Assembly (NCBI GenBank): GCA_964603945.1
Contig: CAZRWP010000005.1
Coordinates: forward strand, 432-64,431
Length of the DNA: 64,000 nucleotides
Source: an uncultured Pseudomonadales bacterium
GTDB taxonomy: Bacteria > Patescibacteriota > Microgenomatia > UBA1400 > UBA1396
Reading direction: 5' to 3'
Shown here: positions 1-8,521 of the stretch, in pieces
Layout: the number at the start of each line of letters is the position of its first letter
Numbering within the stretch: position 1 is the first letter of the stretch
The notes under the pieces: generated by a model
The model's input: the letters and a program-made list of their open reading frames with translations, nothing else
What the model was told of the DNA's origin: nothing
Databases searched by the model: none
Program-made: the position numbers and the translations under genes

Positions 1-1
1 T

Positions 2-187
2 AAATATGTCAGAGCCATGCCCTTTGATACTCGACAAGAGGCGGTTAAATTTGCTAGAAATGTAGTGTCAAGATGGCGTGAAAAACCGCCGGAGATAACA
101 AGTTATAGTGGCATTAACTTAGCCTGGCAAGTAAACCCAAATGAAATAATTAGGTTGGCTGAATTAGCTGATTCACTTACTCGATAA
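2..187 (+). CDS. C-terminal fragment of a hypothetical protein (gene continues upstream of the window)
   Basis: Open frame from the window edge, ...SRWREKPPEITSYSGINLAWQVNPNEIIRLAELADSLTR, ending at TAA 185-187. No recognisable domain. Confidence 0.3.
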   Translation, partial: KYVRAMPFDTRQEAVKFARNVVSRWREKPPEITSYSGINLAWQVNPNEIIRLAELADSLTR

Positions 188-248
188 GATTGGTTAGATC
201 AATTATCTCCGTTGTGTAAGGCATTTCTTAGATAAGAACTTTTAATAT

Positions 249-806
249 TTGACTCAAGTGTATCAAACTGTAAAATACAACTCTATGAACAATCGCAATT
301 ATGATGATGGACAAAACTGGGATGATGAAAGATATGGAAGTTTTGATTGGCTTAATCCCTTAGAAAGTAATGAATCAGAAGCACATCAAGAGGGAGAAGA
401 TGAGCCAACAGGTGTAATAATGACCTTCGAATATCCGGCTGATCCGGATGAAACTTCAGATGATCCTGATTTTGAAGTCTATATGAAACGCGATTCTCAA
501 GAATTAGGCCTTTCAATTATTTGCTTCCCCACTCTTCATAGAGAAATGCATCTCTTATTGTTCCTTGATGAATCAATTGATAAAGATCCAGAACCTGATA
601 AAAACATTGGGCAATATGTTAGGCTCCAGAAATTTCTAACTTTTGAGGCCGCTGAGGAGCATGCAAAGGCTTTGATATTTGACTGGAAGCAATCGGGAGT
701 TGTTAATACTGATAAAAAAGGTAATGTCTGGGGAATTTCAGCGGCTCGCTTAATAACCGCGGCCTTAAAAAATCCCATGGAACAAGCATTCATTAATTCA
801 AATTAA
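249..806 (+). CDS. Hypothetical acidic protein (D/E-rich N-terminal half)
   Basis: 185-aa ORF with no recognisable motifs. Composition is strongly acidic (EGEDEP, DPDETSDDPDFE). Confidence 0.45.
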   Translation: MTQVYQTVKYNSMNNRNYDDGQNWDDERYGSFDWLNPLESNESEAHQEGEDEPTGVIMTFEYPADPDETSDDPDFEVYMKRDSQELGLSIICFPTLHREMHLLLFLDESIDKDPEPDKNIGQYVRLQKFLTFEAAEEHAKALIFDWKQSGVVNTDKKGNVWGISAARLITAALKNPMEQAFINSN

Positions 807-879
807 GTTAATTCGAGTTAATAGCTAAGTATTACGATTTTATTAAATTATCCCAAACCTAGCCTAACTATAATGGTTA

Positions 880-1092
880 TTGCTGTATAATTGTCTGATT
901 ATGGCAAAAAGAATTATATCTGAACCTGAACAAGCAAGAATCATGGCTAAGGCCGCAAAATCTGGCGACCCACATAAAATTGCCTTAGCTATGGCACAAC
1001 TTAACGGCCAAAGCCGAGAAGCATATCTAAATGCTATTGATGGTCAACAGCCTTGCGCTCCGTGTGAAAAGCCTTTAGACAACCTCAGATAA
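880..1092 (+). CDS. Small hypothetical protein
   Basis: 70-aa ORF (true start may be MAKR at about 901). No domain recognised. Confidence 0.3.
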   Translation: MLYNCLIMAKRIISEPEQARIMAKAAKSGDPHKIALAMAQLNGQSREAYLNAIDGQQPCAPCEKPLDNLR

Positions 1093-1121
1093 ATTTGCTG
1101 AAAAATAACTATTTTCTTGTG

Positions 1122-1195
1122 TGGCTGCTAGAGGACTCGAACCTCTGACCTCTCGAATGTGAATCGAACGCTCTAACCAACTGAGCTAAGCAGCC
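1122..1195 (-). tRNA. tRNA-Val (anticodon CAC)
   Basis: Reverse complement folds as a cloverleaf: acceptor GGCUGCU/AGCAGCC, D-arm GCUC-AGUUGGUUA-GAGC, anticodon stem UUCGA/UCGAG with loop UUCACAU, T-arm AGAGG-UUCGAGU-CCUCU. CCA is not encoded. Confidence 0.85.
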
Positions 1196-1341
1196 TCGAG
1201 AGTGTTATTGTACTACGAGAGCCGCCGTCAGTCAGATATATTTTCAAAACTATAACTTTGCATTTAAAATACTTTATACAAATATACTTTTTTAGAATCC
1301 AACCAAAAATGATGCAAAAAATCTGCTTACCCCTGGTATAA

Positions 1342-2115
1342 TTGGCGCCTAATATGACACATTTGGAAAATGACTCAAATATAATGCCTGATGATAGTCA
1401 TGAATTTGTGGATGAATTCGACTCGAAAGAAGAGCATGTTGATGAGTCAATAGTCACGCACTCAGAAACTTTGGGTCACAAACTATTTCCATTTTTGCTA
1501 ATAATATTGGCCATTATCGGTTTAAAGTATGAAAATGACAAGGCGCAAGAGCAGCAAGATAGAGCTAAATTTGCCAGTTGCACCGCAACTTGGATAGTCA
1601 AGCAAGGCGATACTGTCACTAAAATTGCCGAGTCAACAGGAAATACGGTAGAAGAACTAGTTCAGGAAAACAATCTTTCCAATCCAGACTTCATAGTAGT
1701 TGATCAAGTATTGTGTATCAAAGAATCTAATGACAATAATCCTTCACCTTCAAAAATAAATGGCTCAGACTCAGAGACAAGTGGGCAAGAAAAAGTGAAT
1801 GAACCTTCAATTGACGACGACGGTTATGCTGATCGATCAAATAATGACCCAATTTCCGAGCAATTTTGGGAATCTGAAGTCTTTAAAACAAGGGCATTAG
1901 ATTTCGGAGTTGATTTAGATGAATTACTTGAACAAATTCAAGGTATTGATCTTGATGAGTTGAATCCTTCAGAATTGCTGATATATTTTATGCTTGTCGT
2001 GGCAGTCTACAAGCTTATTGATGTAGCAATTCCAGAAAAAGTTAAAGAATTCTTTGTAACCTTAATTGCCTTAAGACATTTACTAGCTTCTAGAAATGAC
2101 TCTGAAAACGATTAA
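1342..2115 (+). CDS. LysM domain-containing membrane protein
   Basis: One TM segment (FPFLLIILAIIGL), then a LysM-like block (WIVKQGDTVTKIAESTGNTVEELVQENNLSNPDFIVVDQVL), then an acidic C-terminal region. Confidence 0.55.
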   Translation: MAPNMTHLENDSNIMPDDSHEFVDEFDSKEEHVDESIVTHSETLGHKLFPFLLIILAIIGLKYENDKAQEQQDRAKFASCTATWIVKQGDTVTKIAESTGNTVEELVQENNLSNPDFIVVDQVLCIKESNDNNPSPSKINGSDSETSGQEKVNEPSIDDDGYADRSNNDPISEQFWESEVFKTRALDFGVDLDELLEQIQGIDLDELNPSELLIYFMLVVAVYKLIDVAIPEKVKEFFVTLIALRHLLASRNDSEND

Positions 2116-2155
2116 TTTAGCTTGGAATAATTCTTAGAGACATTGTCCTTAAAAC

Positions 2156-3262
2156 TTAGCTTAAAATATCGGCTTGCTTCAAAATATCTTCCACTTCCTG
2201 AGCGGATTCAACTTGCATTAATTGCTCGCGTAGCTTGGCGGCTCCAGGCATACCCTTGATATACCAAGCTAAATGTTTACGCATTGGCCAGAAGATAGCT
2301 TCCGGATAAAGTTTCTCATAAATTTGGCTGTGTAAGACGGCTAACTCTTGAGAATTTGGGGCTGGTTTAGACAGAATGGCAGGTTTAGGAAAATAAAAGG
2401 TTTGATCTCGCCATTGTCTGAGTTCTCGCAGGATTTGCGGATTGCCGTAGGTGGCGCGGCCGATCAGCCAGCCATCCACCTTGGTTTCTTCCAAGCGTTG
2501 TTTAGCTGATTCAACACTATCAATATCACCATTGCCGATAATCAAGGTAGGCGAGTTTTGCGCGTTCCTGACTTGTACCGCCTTACCAATCTCCGACCAA
2601 TCGGCCGCGCCAGAGTACATTTGTTTTAAAGTCCGACCATGCAAGGAAATGGCCGCCAATTCAAACTTCAATAAAAAGCTAATCCACTCCTTGGTCACCG
2701 GTTGGTCATAGCCAACTCTGGTTTTAACCGAAACTGGAAGCAAGCGGCGCTGTTGATATTCAGTTGGTAAAGCCTTATGACGCTCTAAAATTATTTTCTT
2801 AGTTTTTTGCTTGAGTTTGGGGATGTCGTCTAACGTTTTGCCGTCCGCAAAGTCCTGAATTCCGGCTTGCACAGCCTGAATTAACTGCCCAGCCAGATCT
2901 GGATTTTGAATTAAAGCAGCGCCACTGCCATGTTGCTCTACATTTTTAGCTGGACAACCCATGTTAATGTCAATGCCATCAAAACCCAGGTAGCCCAAAA
3001 TTAAGGCTGTAGACCTGAAAGCCTCCGGATCCTTGCCAAAAATCTGGGCAACTATTGGGCGCTGTGACTCATCAAATAAAAAATCTTTAAATAACTTGGT
3101 CGCGTTATGGCTTATGCCCTCAGCGGAAGTAAATTCCGTCATGATTAAGTCAGGTTGCCCATACTTTTTCATAATGAACCGATAGGCCTGGTCCGTTACG
3201 CCATCCATCGGACTCAAACCAATTAGCGGCTTGGGCAGATTGGCCCAGAATCCCTGTGTCAT
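2156..3262 (-). CDS. dus: tRNA-dihydrouridine synthase (Dus family)
   Basis: FMN-dependent TIM-barrel Dus signatures (MDGVTDQAYRFIMKKYG, DINMGCPAKNV with catalytic Cys, KTRVGYD). Confidence 0.85.
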   Translation of the reverse strand: MTQGFWANLPKPLIGLSPMDGVTDQAYRFIMKKYGQPDLIMTEFTSAEGISHNATKLFKDFLFDESQRPIVAQIFGKDPEAFRSTALILGYLGFDGIDINMGCPAKNVEQHGSGAALIQNPDLAGQLIQAVQAGIQDFADGKTLDDIPKLKQKTKKIILERHKALPTEYQQRRLLPVSVKTRVGYDQPVTKEWISFLLKFELAAISLHGRTLKQMYSGAADWSEIGKAVQVRNAQNSPTLIIGNGDIDSVESAKQRLEETKVDGWLIGRATYGNPQILRELRQWRDQTFYFPKPAILSKPAPNSQELAVLHSQIYEKLYPEAIFWPMRKHLAWYIKGMPGAAKLREQLMQVESAQEVEDILKQADILS

Positions 3263-3322
3263 AAGAACTGTATTATACGGGGAAATTAGTGGCTGATCTG
3301 GTGAAGATCATGTTTGGCATAT

Positions 3323-3548
3323 AAATCTAACATAAAACTAACAGCTTGGCTTCAAATCTAACAGAAAACTAACAGTTTGGTCTCAAATCTAACATAAAAC
3401 TAACAGTGTGACGTCAAATCAAACAGAAAACTAACAAATACTATCAAAATTCTAACGAAACCTAACGCAAAACTAACAGCTTGGTCTCAAATCTAACACA
3501 AAACTAACAAAAAATTTCCCAATTCTAACAAAAAACTAACAATTTACG
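3323..3548. repeat. Array of about 7 degenerate 31-bp tandem repeats, each with two AAAACTAACA-like decamers
   Basis: Unit starts fall at 3323, 3354, 3385, 3416 and 3489 (period 31). Consensus unit is aaatCTAACAnaaaaCTAACAg-ttggtctc. Intergenic between two minus-strand genes. Confidence 0.7.
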
Positions 3549-4539
3549 GCCAACGTGCCTGAACCAATTCCTCTAAATCCCTGCCAAGAATTTGCCTTGC
3601 GCTAGGCGTAAGCCAACCATTAAGTTTAAAATTCTCGAGTTTGCCAGTAGCTTGTGCCAAAAAAGATTGAGCTGACGTTAAATCATCAGCTGATTCAATA
3701 GCCACAACTTTTTCTAAAAACCATTCAATCAACCAGGGAGAATTAAGTTGATGATCAGATAACATCGACACCAACTCCACTTGGCTAATAACCTTAAATT
3801 CGGCCATTGGTCGCCAGACCAAAGAGTTAGATTCCTTATAAAACTCAATCGAAAGCGGATAATTATCAATCTGCCCAGGCAAAAGCCAATTCAGCTGTTG
3901 GACATTGCCGTCAGATTTATAAATAAACAGCTCAACCTGCCGCGGTGAGGCTCCATAATTAGCCAGATTAAGCAAAAGCTCACCCTCTGGTGGCTTGGGC
4001 CAGTCGTAAACCCAAGCTGGACGATTTTCATATGACTCGAAAATTGGCTGAATAATCTGTTGAGCTTGTTCAACCAAGACACCAGACTCGGTCCAAATGG
4101 AAATCGCACTAAGATCGGTATTTGAAGGTGTAAATAGACGCGCAGACAGCCATGTATTATCAAAATCCAACAATGAATCATAAATATTTGCCGGATCGAT
4201 TATCAATCCGATTTCTAAAGCTGAATTAAAACCATTGACCACCACAAAATGGTTAGGCTGAGCCAAAATAACGGGCAAGGAGCGCCAAAGTTGAACCTGC
4301 AACCAAGTCAGATAATCATTAGGCCGGTTTTCAAACGTGAACTCTAAAGCCGAAGTCTGCCAAGTTTCCTTTATTTGCTGAGATAAGCGAGTTAAGGCTC
4401 GCCAGTTTAGCCAACCAGAGTTAACATAACCATCTGTTTGCGAGTTAAGCCAGGTATTTAAAGTATCTGGCGTCAAAAACTGTCCATCCGGCAGTTTGTC
4501 TAAGCCAAAATAATTAAAAACCATGACAGCACTGGTCAA
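3544..4539 (-). CDS. Hypothetical protein; TTG start at 4539 (GAGG 7 nt upstream) or ATG at 4524
   Basis: 331-aa ORF with no recognisable domain. It lies in the same reading frame as the upstream ORF and is separated from it only by a TGA plus 3 codons. Confidence 0.5.
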   Translation of the reverse strand: MTSAVMVFNYFGLDKLPDGQFLTPDTLNTWLNSQTDGYVNSGWLNWRALTRLSQQIKETWQTSALEFTFENRPNDYLTWLQVQLWRSLPVILAQPNHFVVVNGFNSALEIGLIIDPANIYDSLLDFDNTWLSARLFTPSNTDLSAISIWTESGVLVEQAQQIIQPIFESYENRPAWVYDWPKPPEGELLLNLANYGASPRQVELFIYKSDGNVQQLNWLLPGQIDNYPLSIEFYKESNSLVWRPMAEFKVISQVELVSMLSDHQLNSPWLIEWFLEKVVAIESADDLTSAQSFLAQATGKLENFKLNGWLTPSARQILGRDLEELVQARWP

Positions 4540-4548
4540 GGCACAGCC

Positions 4549-5382
4549 TCAACGCCCAATAGTTGGGTCATTAGGTGACCAGAAATTGCCAGAATCATAT
4601 TCCAAATCACTCCAGCGGGGATCGGTTTGCGTAAACTCCGGCACCGGCAAGGAAATAGTTTGATCAGAATCAGACTCCCATAGTTGCCAATTGTCGTAAC
4701 TGACCTTAGAAATATTGCGCGCCGCGCCTACACTGCCGGCTAAACCTGGAACTCCGGTTAATAGCTTAGGGTCATCTGAAAGTTCAGTAAAAATATGTGT
4801 TTCTATATCATTAATCGTCAGCTTGATCTGACCAAGTTCGCGCTGATACTCAATTTCCAGGTCATACGGCTGATATGTATTAAATTTTGTGGTTCTATAT
4901 GATGGTTGAATTTGATACGACTGACCGTTAATAACTTTTTCGGCGTAAATGGCGCGATCAAACTGATGAAAGCCTAAATAATTATCCTGATCTTGCCATA
5001 AAACCAGCCAATTAAAATCAGCCAGTGGCCACTGGGGCGTAAACGTAAAGTTAAGTTTGAAGTGATTGGTAAAAAGCGGTTCTGACGGCAAATCTAGTAA
5101 CCAGTCAGGTTGAATAACGACTTTACAAGGCACTGAACCGTTGATAAACAGCTGAGCTTGATTATCAAAAATTTGCCAACTCTCGCGATCCGAAAATTGA
5201 GTTCGACAGGGCAGAGTAGGATCTAAAAGCTGGCCATTAAAGGTTTCCCGCCACTTATCAAGTCCAAACCACTCAAAGTTGTCAGCCATAATTAAGTGAT
5301 CAGCGGCTTTAGCAGAGCCAATATTAAAACAAAGCCAAAATAATGAAAATAAAAATGAAAATACTACTAATACTAAGCGCAC
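4549..5382 (-). CDS. Secreted hypothetical protein (N-terminal signal peptide)
   Basis: MRLVLVVFSFLFSLFWLCFNIGSAKA-AD signal-peptide-like N-terminus. The rest is W/Q/N-rich with no known domain. Confidence 0.5.
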   Translation of the reverse strand: MRLVLVVFSFLFSLFWLCFNIGSAKAADHLIMADNFEWFGLDKWRETFNGQLLDPTLPCRTQFSDRESWQIFDNQAQLFINGSVPCKVVIQPDWLLDLPSEPLFTNHFKLNFTFTPQWPLADFNWLVLWQDQDNYLGFHQFDRAIYAEKVINGQSYQIQPSYRTTKFNTYQPYDLEIEYQRELGQIKLTINDIETHIFTELSDDPKLLTGVPGLAGSVGAARNISKVSYDNWQLWESDSDQTISLPVPEFTQTDPRWSDLEYDSGNFWSPNDPTIGR

Positions 5383-5435
5383 AGCTGTACTAAATCAGTC
5401 AAAACTAACAAACTCCTAGCAGTTATACTATTCTC

Positions 5436-6452
5436 ATGGCTGAAAACCGCGATAAACAACAGTTAAAAGATCGCGTCTCAGTTGTGATCACGGTAAAAAA
5501 TGACGCCGATGCTCTGCGCGATCTCCTCAATTTGTTAAACAAACAGAGCCGCTTGCCTGATGAAGTAGTAATTACCGTGGCTGGATTTGACTCTGAAAAT
5601 GAAAACTTCACGCTGGCAGTGGCTAAGGCCTGGCGGCCGCGCCAGGGTACCAAGCAGGTCATTACAGTTGGCAATGCCACCAGAGGGCAAGGCCGGAATT
5701 TAGGTGTCGCGGCCGCCCAACACGACTTGATAGTTTTTACCGACGCCGGTTGTTACCCCCAAGCTGAGTGGCTGGACAATTTGCTCAAGCCATTTACCAA
5801 ATCAACCAAAACTAAGCTGGTCAGCGGCTTTACTTGGGTCAAAAACAGCTCTGCTTGGCAAGAAGCGCAAGGTCTAATGGTCTTGGTGCCACTTGAGGAA
5901 ATAGGTTCGCATCCCTTGCCAGCTACCCGCAACATGGCCATTCGCCGATCGGCTTTTAATCAGGCCAAGGGGTTTAAATCTCAGCTAAATTATGCCGAAG
6001 ATTACGATCTTGCCAAGCGTCTTCAGCGCCTTGGTATCAAAAGTGAGTTTGCACCAGGCGCCAAAGTTATTTGGCAAGGACGAGCCAATATATTTAGTTA
6101 TTTCACCATGATTTTCAACCTAACTAAAGGTGACATACTAGCCAAAACCTGGCGACTTGGCCATTTAACCATGTGGTTACGCTACATGGCATTTATATTC
6201 GCTGTCTGGCTAACTATTCATTATTTTGAAGAACCAAGGAGTATTATTTTCAGTATTTGGATTTACCTGGCTTATCTGATGTCCAAAACCCTGAAATTTA
6301 CCTTTACAAACCGTTTAAGTTATATTTGGATACCTTTGCTACAATTAGTTACAGATATGGCAGTACTGAGTGGCATCGCCGCTGGCTTGATGACTCTAAT
6401 GTTGACAAAATTCATTGCCATTTTTACCGATTCTTCAGAAAGCTTGAGCTAA
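5436..6452 (+). CDS. Glycosyltransferase family 2 with C-terminal transmembrane region
   Basis: GT2 N-terminus (VSVVITVKNDADALRDLLNLL, FTDAGCYP) followed by several hydrophobic helices. Confidence 0.7.
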   Translation: MAENRDKQQLKDRVSVVITVKNDADALRDLLNLLNKQSRLPDEVVITVAGFDSENENFTLAVAKAWRPRQGTKQVITVGNATRGQGRNLGVAAAQHDLIVFTDAGCYPQAEWLDNLLKPFTKSTKTKLVSGFTWVKNSSAWQEAQGLMVLVPLEEIGSHPLPATRNMAIRRSAFNQAKGFKSQLNYAEDYDLAKRLQRLGIKSEFAPGAKVIWQGRANIFSYFTMIFNLTKGDILAKTWRLGHLTMWLRYMAFIFAVWLTIHYFEEPRSIIFSIWIYLAYLMSKTLKFTFTNRLSYIWIPLLQLVTDMAVLSGIAAGLMTLMLTKFIAIFTDSSESLS

Positions 6453-6453
6453 C

Positions 6454-7731
6454 ATGAACTTATTAAGATCACATTTGGTTGAGCTGTGGCAATCGCCGGT
6501 GATCCGCGGTTTTTCCTTCATGTCCTTAATGCGTTACAGCACTAAAGGCATGTCATTATTGCGCCTAGTAATTGTGGCTCGCTTATTAGGTTCATCAGCG
6601 CCATATGAGTTAGGAACTTTTGGCTTAGCTTTGCTTGTCATTGCTGTAACCGAGGTTTTCACCCAAACTGGCATCAACATAATTTTGATTAGAAGCCAAA
6701 AAACCTTAGATAAATACCTTGACACAGCCTGGATTATTTCAATAGTACGAGGATTTATTATTTCTTTGGCCATCTACTGGCTGACGCCATATTTAGTTAG
6801 TATTTTTGACAATCCAGATATAACCACCTATTTGCATTGGGCCTTGCTGGTGCCAATTTTGCGTGGCTTTATCAATCCAGCCATTATCCGTTATCAACAG
6901 ACGTTGGCTTTCGGCCATGAATCATTATTCCGCGTTAGTTTGCAGTTAATCGATATTTTGTCTGGCTTAATATTTGTTTTTCTAGCCGGAAGTGCAATTG
7001 GTTTGATTTGGGGTGTGGTTGTTGGCGTAGCGGCTGAAGTAATTTTATCTTTTATCTTATTCCGACCGTGTCCTGCCTGGTGGAAATTTAAGCTCTCCCT
7101 ACTTTGGCCATTATTCTCTGAAACAAAATACGTCATTGTTAATGGCATTGTTACCTATCTAAATGAGAACTTGGATGACTTGATAATTGCGCGCTTACTG
7201 GGAACTTCAGGCTTAGGCTTTTATCAGATGGCTTACAAATTATCGAGCGCGGTCACGATTGAAATTGGTAATACATTGCGCGATACCCTTTATCCAGTTT
7301 ACGCAAAATTGGTTAACAAACCGCTTGAAATGGCAAAATTAATCGATTCGGTTCAGTGGCGACTACTCAATTGGAATGTGCTGGTAATTTTGCCAGGCTT
7401 TATTTTGGCTGGTCCAGTCATTCGCTTGCTTTTAGGTGAAGATTGGCAAAGAATTGTCTCGGCTGTGCAAATTTTGCTAATCAGCGGCGCCTTGCGTGGC
7501 ATGATGAACAGTTGGTTCCCGGTCTTTATTCTTAGTGATCATGTCAGAATAAACTTCTTGATTAACAGCGCCAGCACTTTAATTATGGTGGTTGGCTTGT
7601 ATTTACTAATTCCGCATCTAGGCTTGCAAGGCTCAGCCATGGCCATCTTGCTATCTGTAGCGGTGGTGGCTCCGTTAATGTGGCAAGCCAAAACAATTGC
7701 TCTGCAGAAATTGGTAACTAAATATGGTTAA
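6454..7731 (+). CDS. Polysaccharide biosynthesis protein, Wzx-like MOP-family flippase
   Basis: 425 aa and polytopic, with about 12 predicted TM helices. Composition is typical of O-unit/teichoic-acid flippases. It sits in the GT cluster. Confidence 0.65.
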   Translation: MNLLRSHLVELWQSPVIRGFSFMSLMRYSTKGMSLLRLVIVARLLGSSAPYELGTFGLALLVIAVTEVFTQTGINIILIRSQKTLDKYLDTAWIISIVRGFIISLAIYWLTPYLVSIFDNPDITTYLHWALLVPILRGFINPAIIRYQQTLAFGHESLFRVSLQLIDILSGLIFVFLAGSAIGLIWGVVVGVAAEVILSFILFRPCPAWWKFKLSLLWPLFSETKYVIVNGIVTYLNENLDDLIIARLLGTSGLGFYQMAYKLSSAVTIEIGNTLRDTLYPVYAKLVNKPLEMAKLIDSVQWRLLNWNVLVILPGFILAGPVIRLLLGEDWQRIVSAVQILLISGALRGMMNSWFPVFILSDHVRINFLINSASTLIMVVGLYLLIPHLGLQGSAMAILLSVAVVAPLMWQAKTIALQKLVTKYG

Positions 7732-8521
7732 CAGTTTGAGTCTGGCGATTTTGCATCGTAATCAAAGTCAGGAAATTACCGCGCTAATTGGCAAAGTTCC
7801 TGCTTGGATTTCTGAGATTTTAATAATTGATGATGACTCTACTGAATCTGAGTTATCTGCCTTATCTAAATTGGAAAAATCTAGACCTCAAGTCCGAGTT
7901 GTCAGCCACGCTTTGCAAAATGACTATTCTGCCCAGCGCAACTTTGCTTTGAGTCAGGCCCGAGGCAGTTGGACATTGTTTTTAGATGCCGATGAGCGTC
8001 CAGCGGGCGCGTTTTTTGATAAACTACAGCGCTTGCTTGAAAAGGAAGTCATTGAGGAATCTGGGGAGGGCGCCACCGCCTTTTCCATTATCCGCCATCA
8101 GGTATTTTTAGGCCGGGAATTACACCACGGCGACGGTGGCGCCCAGCGCCTGATCCGTTTAGCCAAAACCAAAGCCGGACAAGGTCGTTGGCGGCGCGCC
8201 GTGCATGAGGTCTGGGATTTCCCAACCAACCAAGTCAAACACTCAGACCTCACCATTACCCACCACAACTCAGCCAACATAACCGAATTTATAGCAAAGT
8301 TAAACCGCTACGCCGCTCTGGAGCCTGCGGTCAGACCTCGCCAGTCGCTTAGCACTCTACTAATACAACTGCTAATCTATCCTAAACTCAAATTATGCTA
8401 CAACTTCCTCTGGAAACGCGGAATAATTGACGGTTTTCCTGGTCTAGCTCACGCCTTATGCATGTCATATTATTCGGCGATTGTGCGCATCTATCTCTAT
8501 GAAAAACATCACACTAACTGA
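7724..8521 (+). CDS. Glycosyltransferase family 2
   Basis: GT2 motifs: ILIIDDDSTE, LFLDADERP (DxD), QNDYSAQRNFAL. Confidence 0.7.
   Translation: MVNSLSLAILHRNQSQEITALIGKVPAWISEILIIDDDSTESELSALSKLEKSRPQVRVVSHALQNDYSAQRNFALSQARGSWTLFLDADERPAGAFFDKLQRLLEKEVIEESGEGATAFSIIRHQVFLGRELHHGDGGAQRLIRLAKTKAGQGRWRRAVHEVWDFPTNQVKHSDLTITHHNSANITEFIAKLNRYAALEPAVRPRQSLSTLLIQLLIYPKLKLCYNFLWKRGIIDGFPGLAHALCMSYYSAIVRIYLYEKHHTN

Noticed and set aside
3323-3548. Tandem repeat array considered as a CRISPR array
   Set aside because: Units are contiguous, degenerate 31-bp repeats with no unique spacers, and no cas genes are nearby. It is better described as an iteron or binding-site array.
4540-4551. In-frame TGA between two ORFs considered as evidence of UGA-to-Gly recoding (genetic code 25)
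   Set aside because: TGA clearly terminates aspS (31236-31238) and ftsQ (40153-40155, overlapping the ftsA ATG). Long housekeeping genes are intact under code 11, so genome-wide recoding is not supported.
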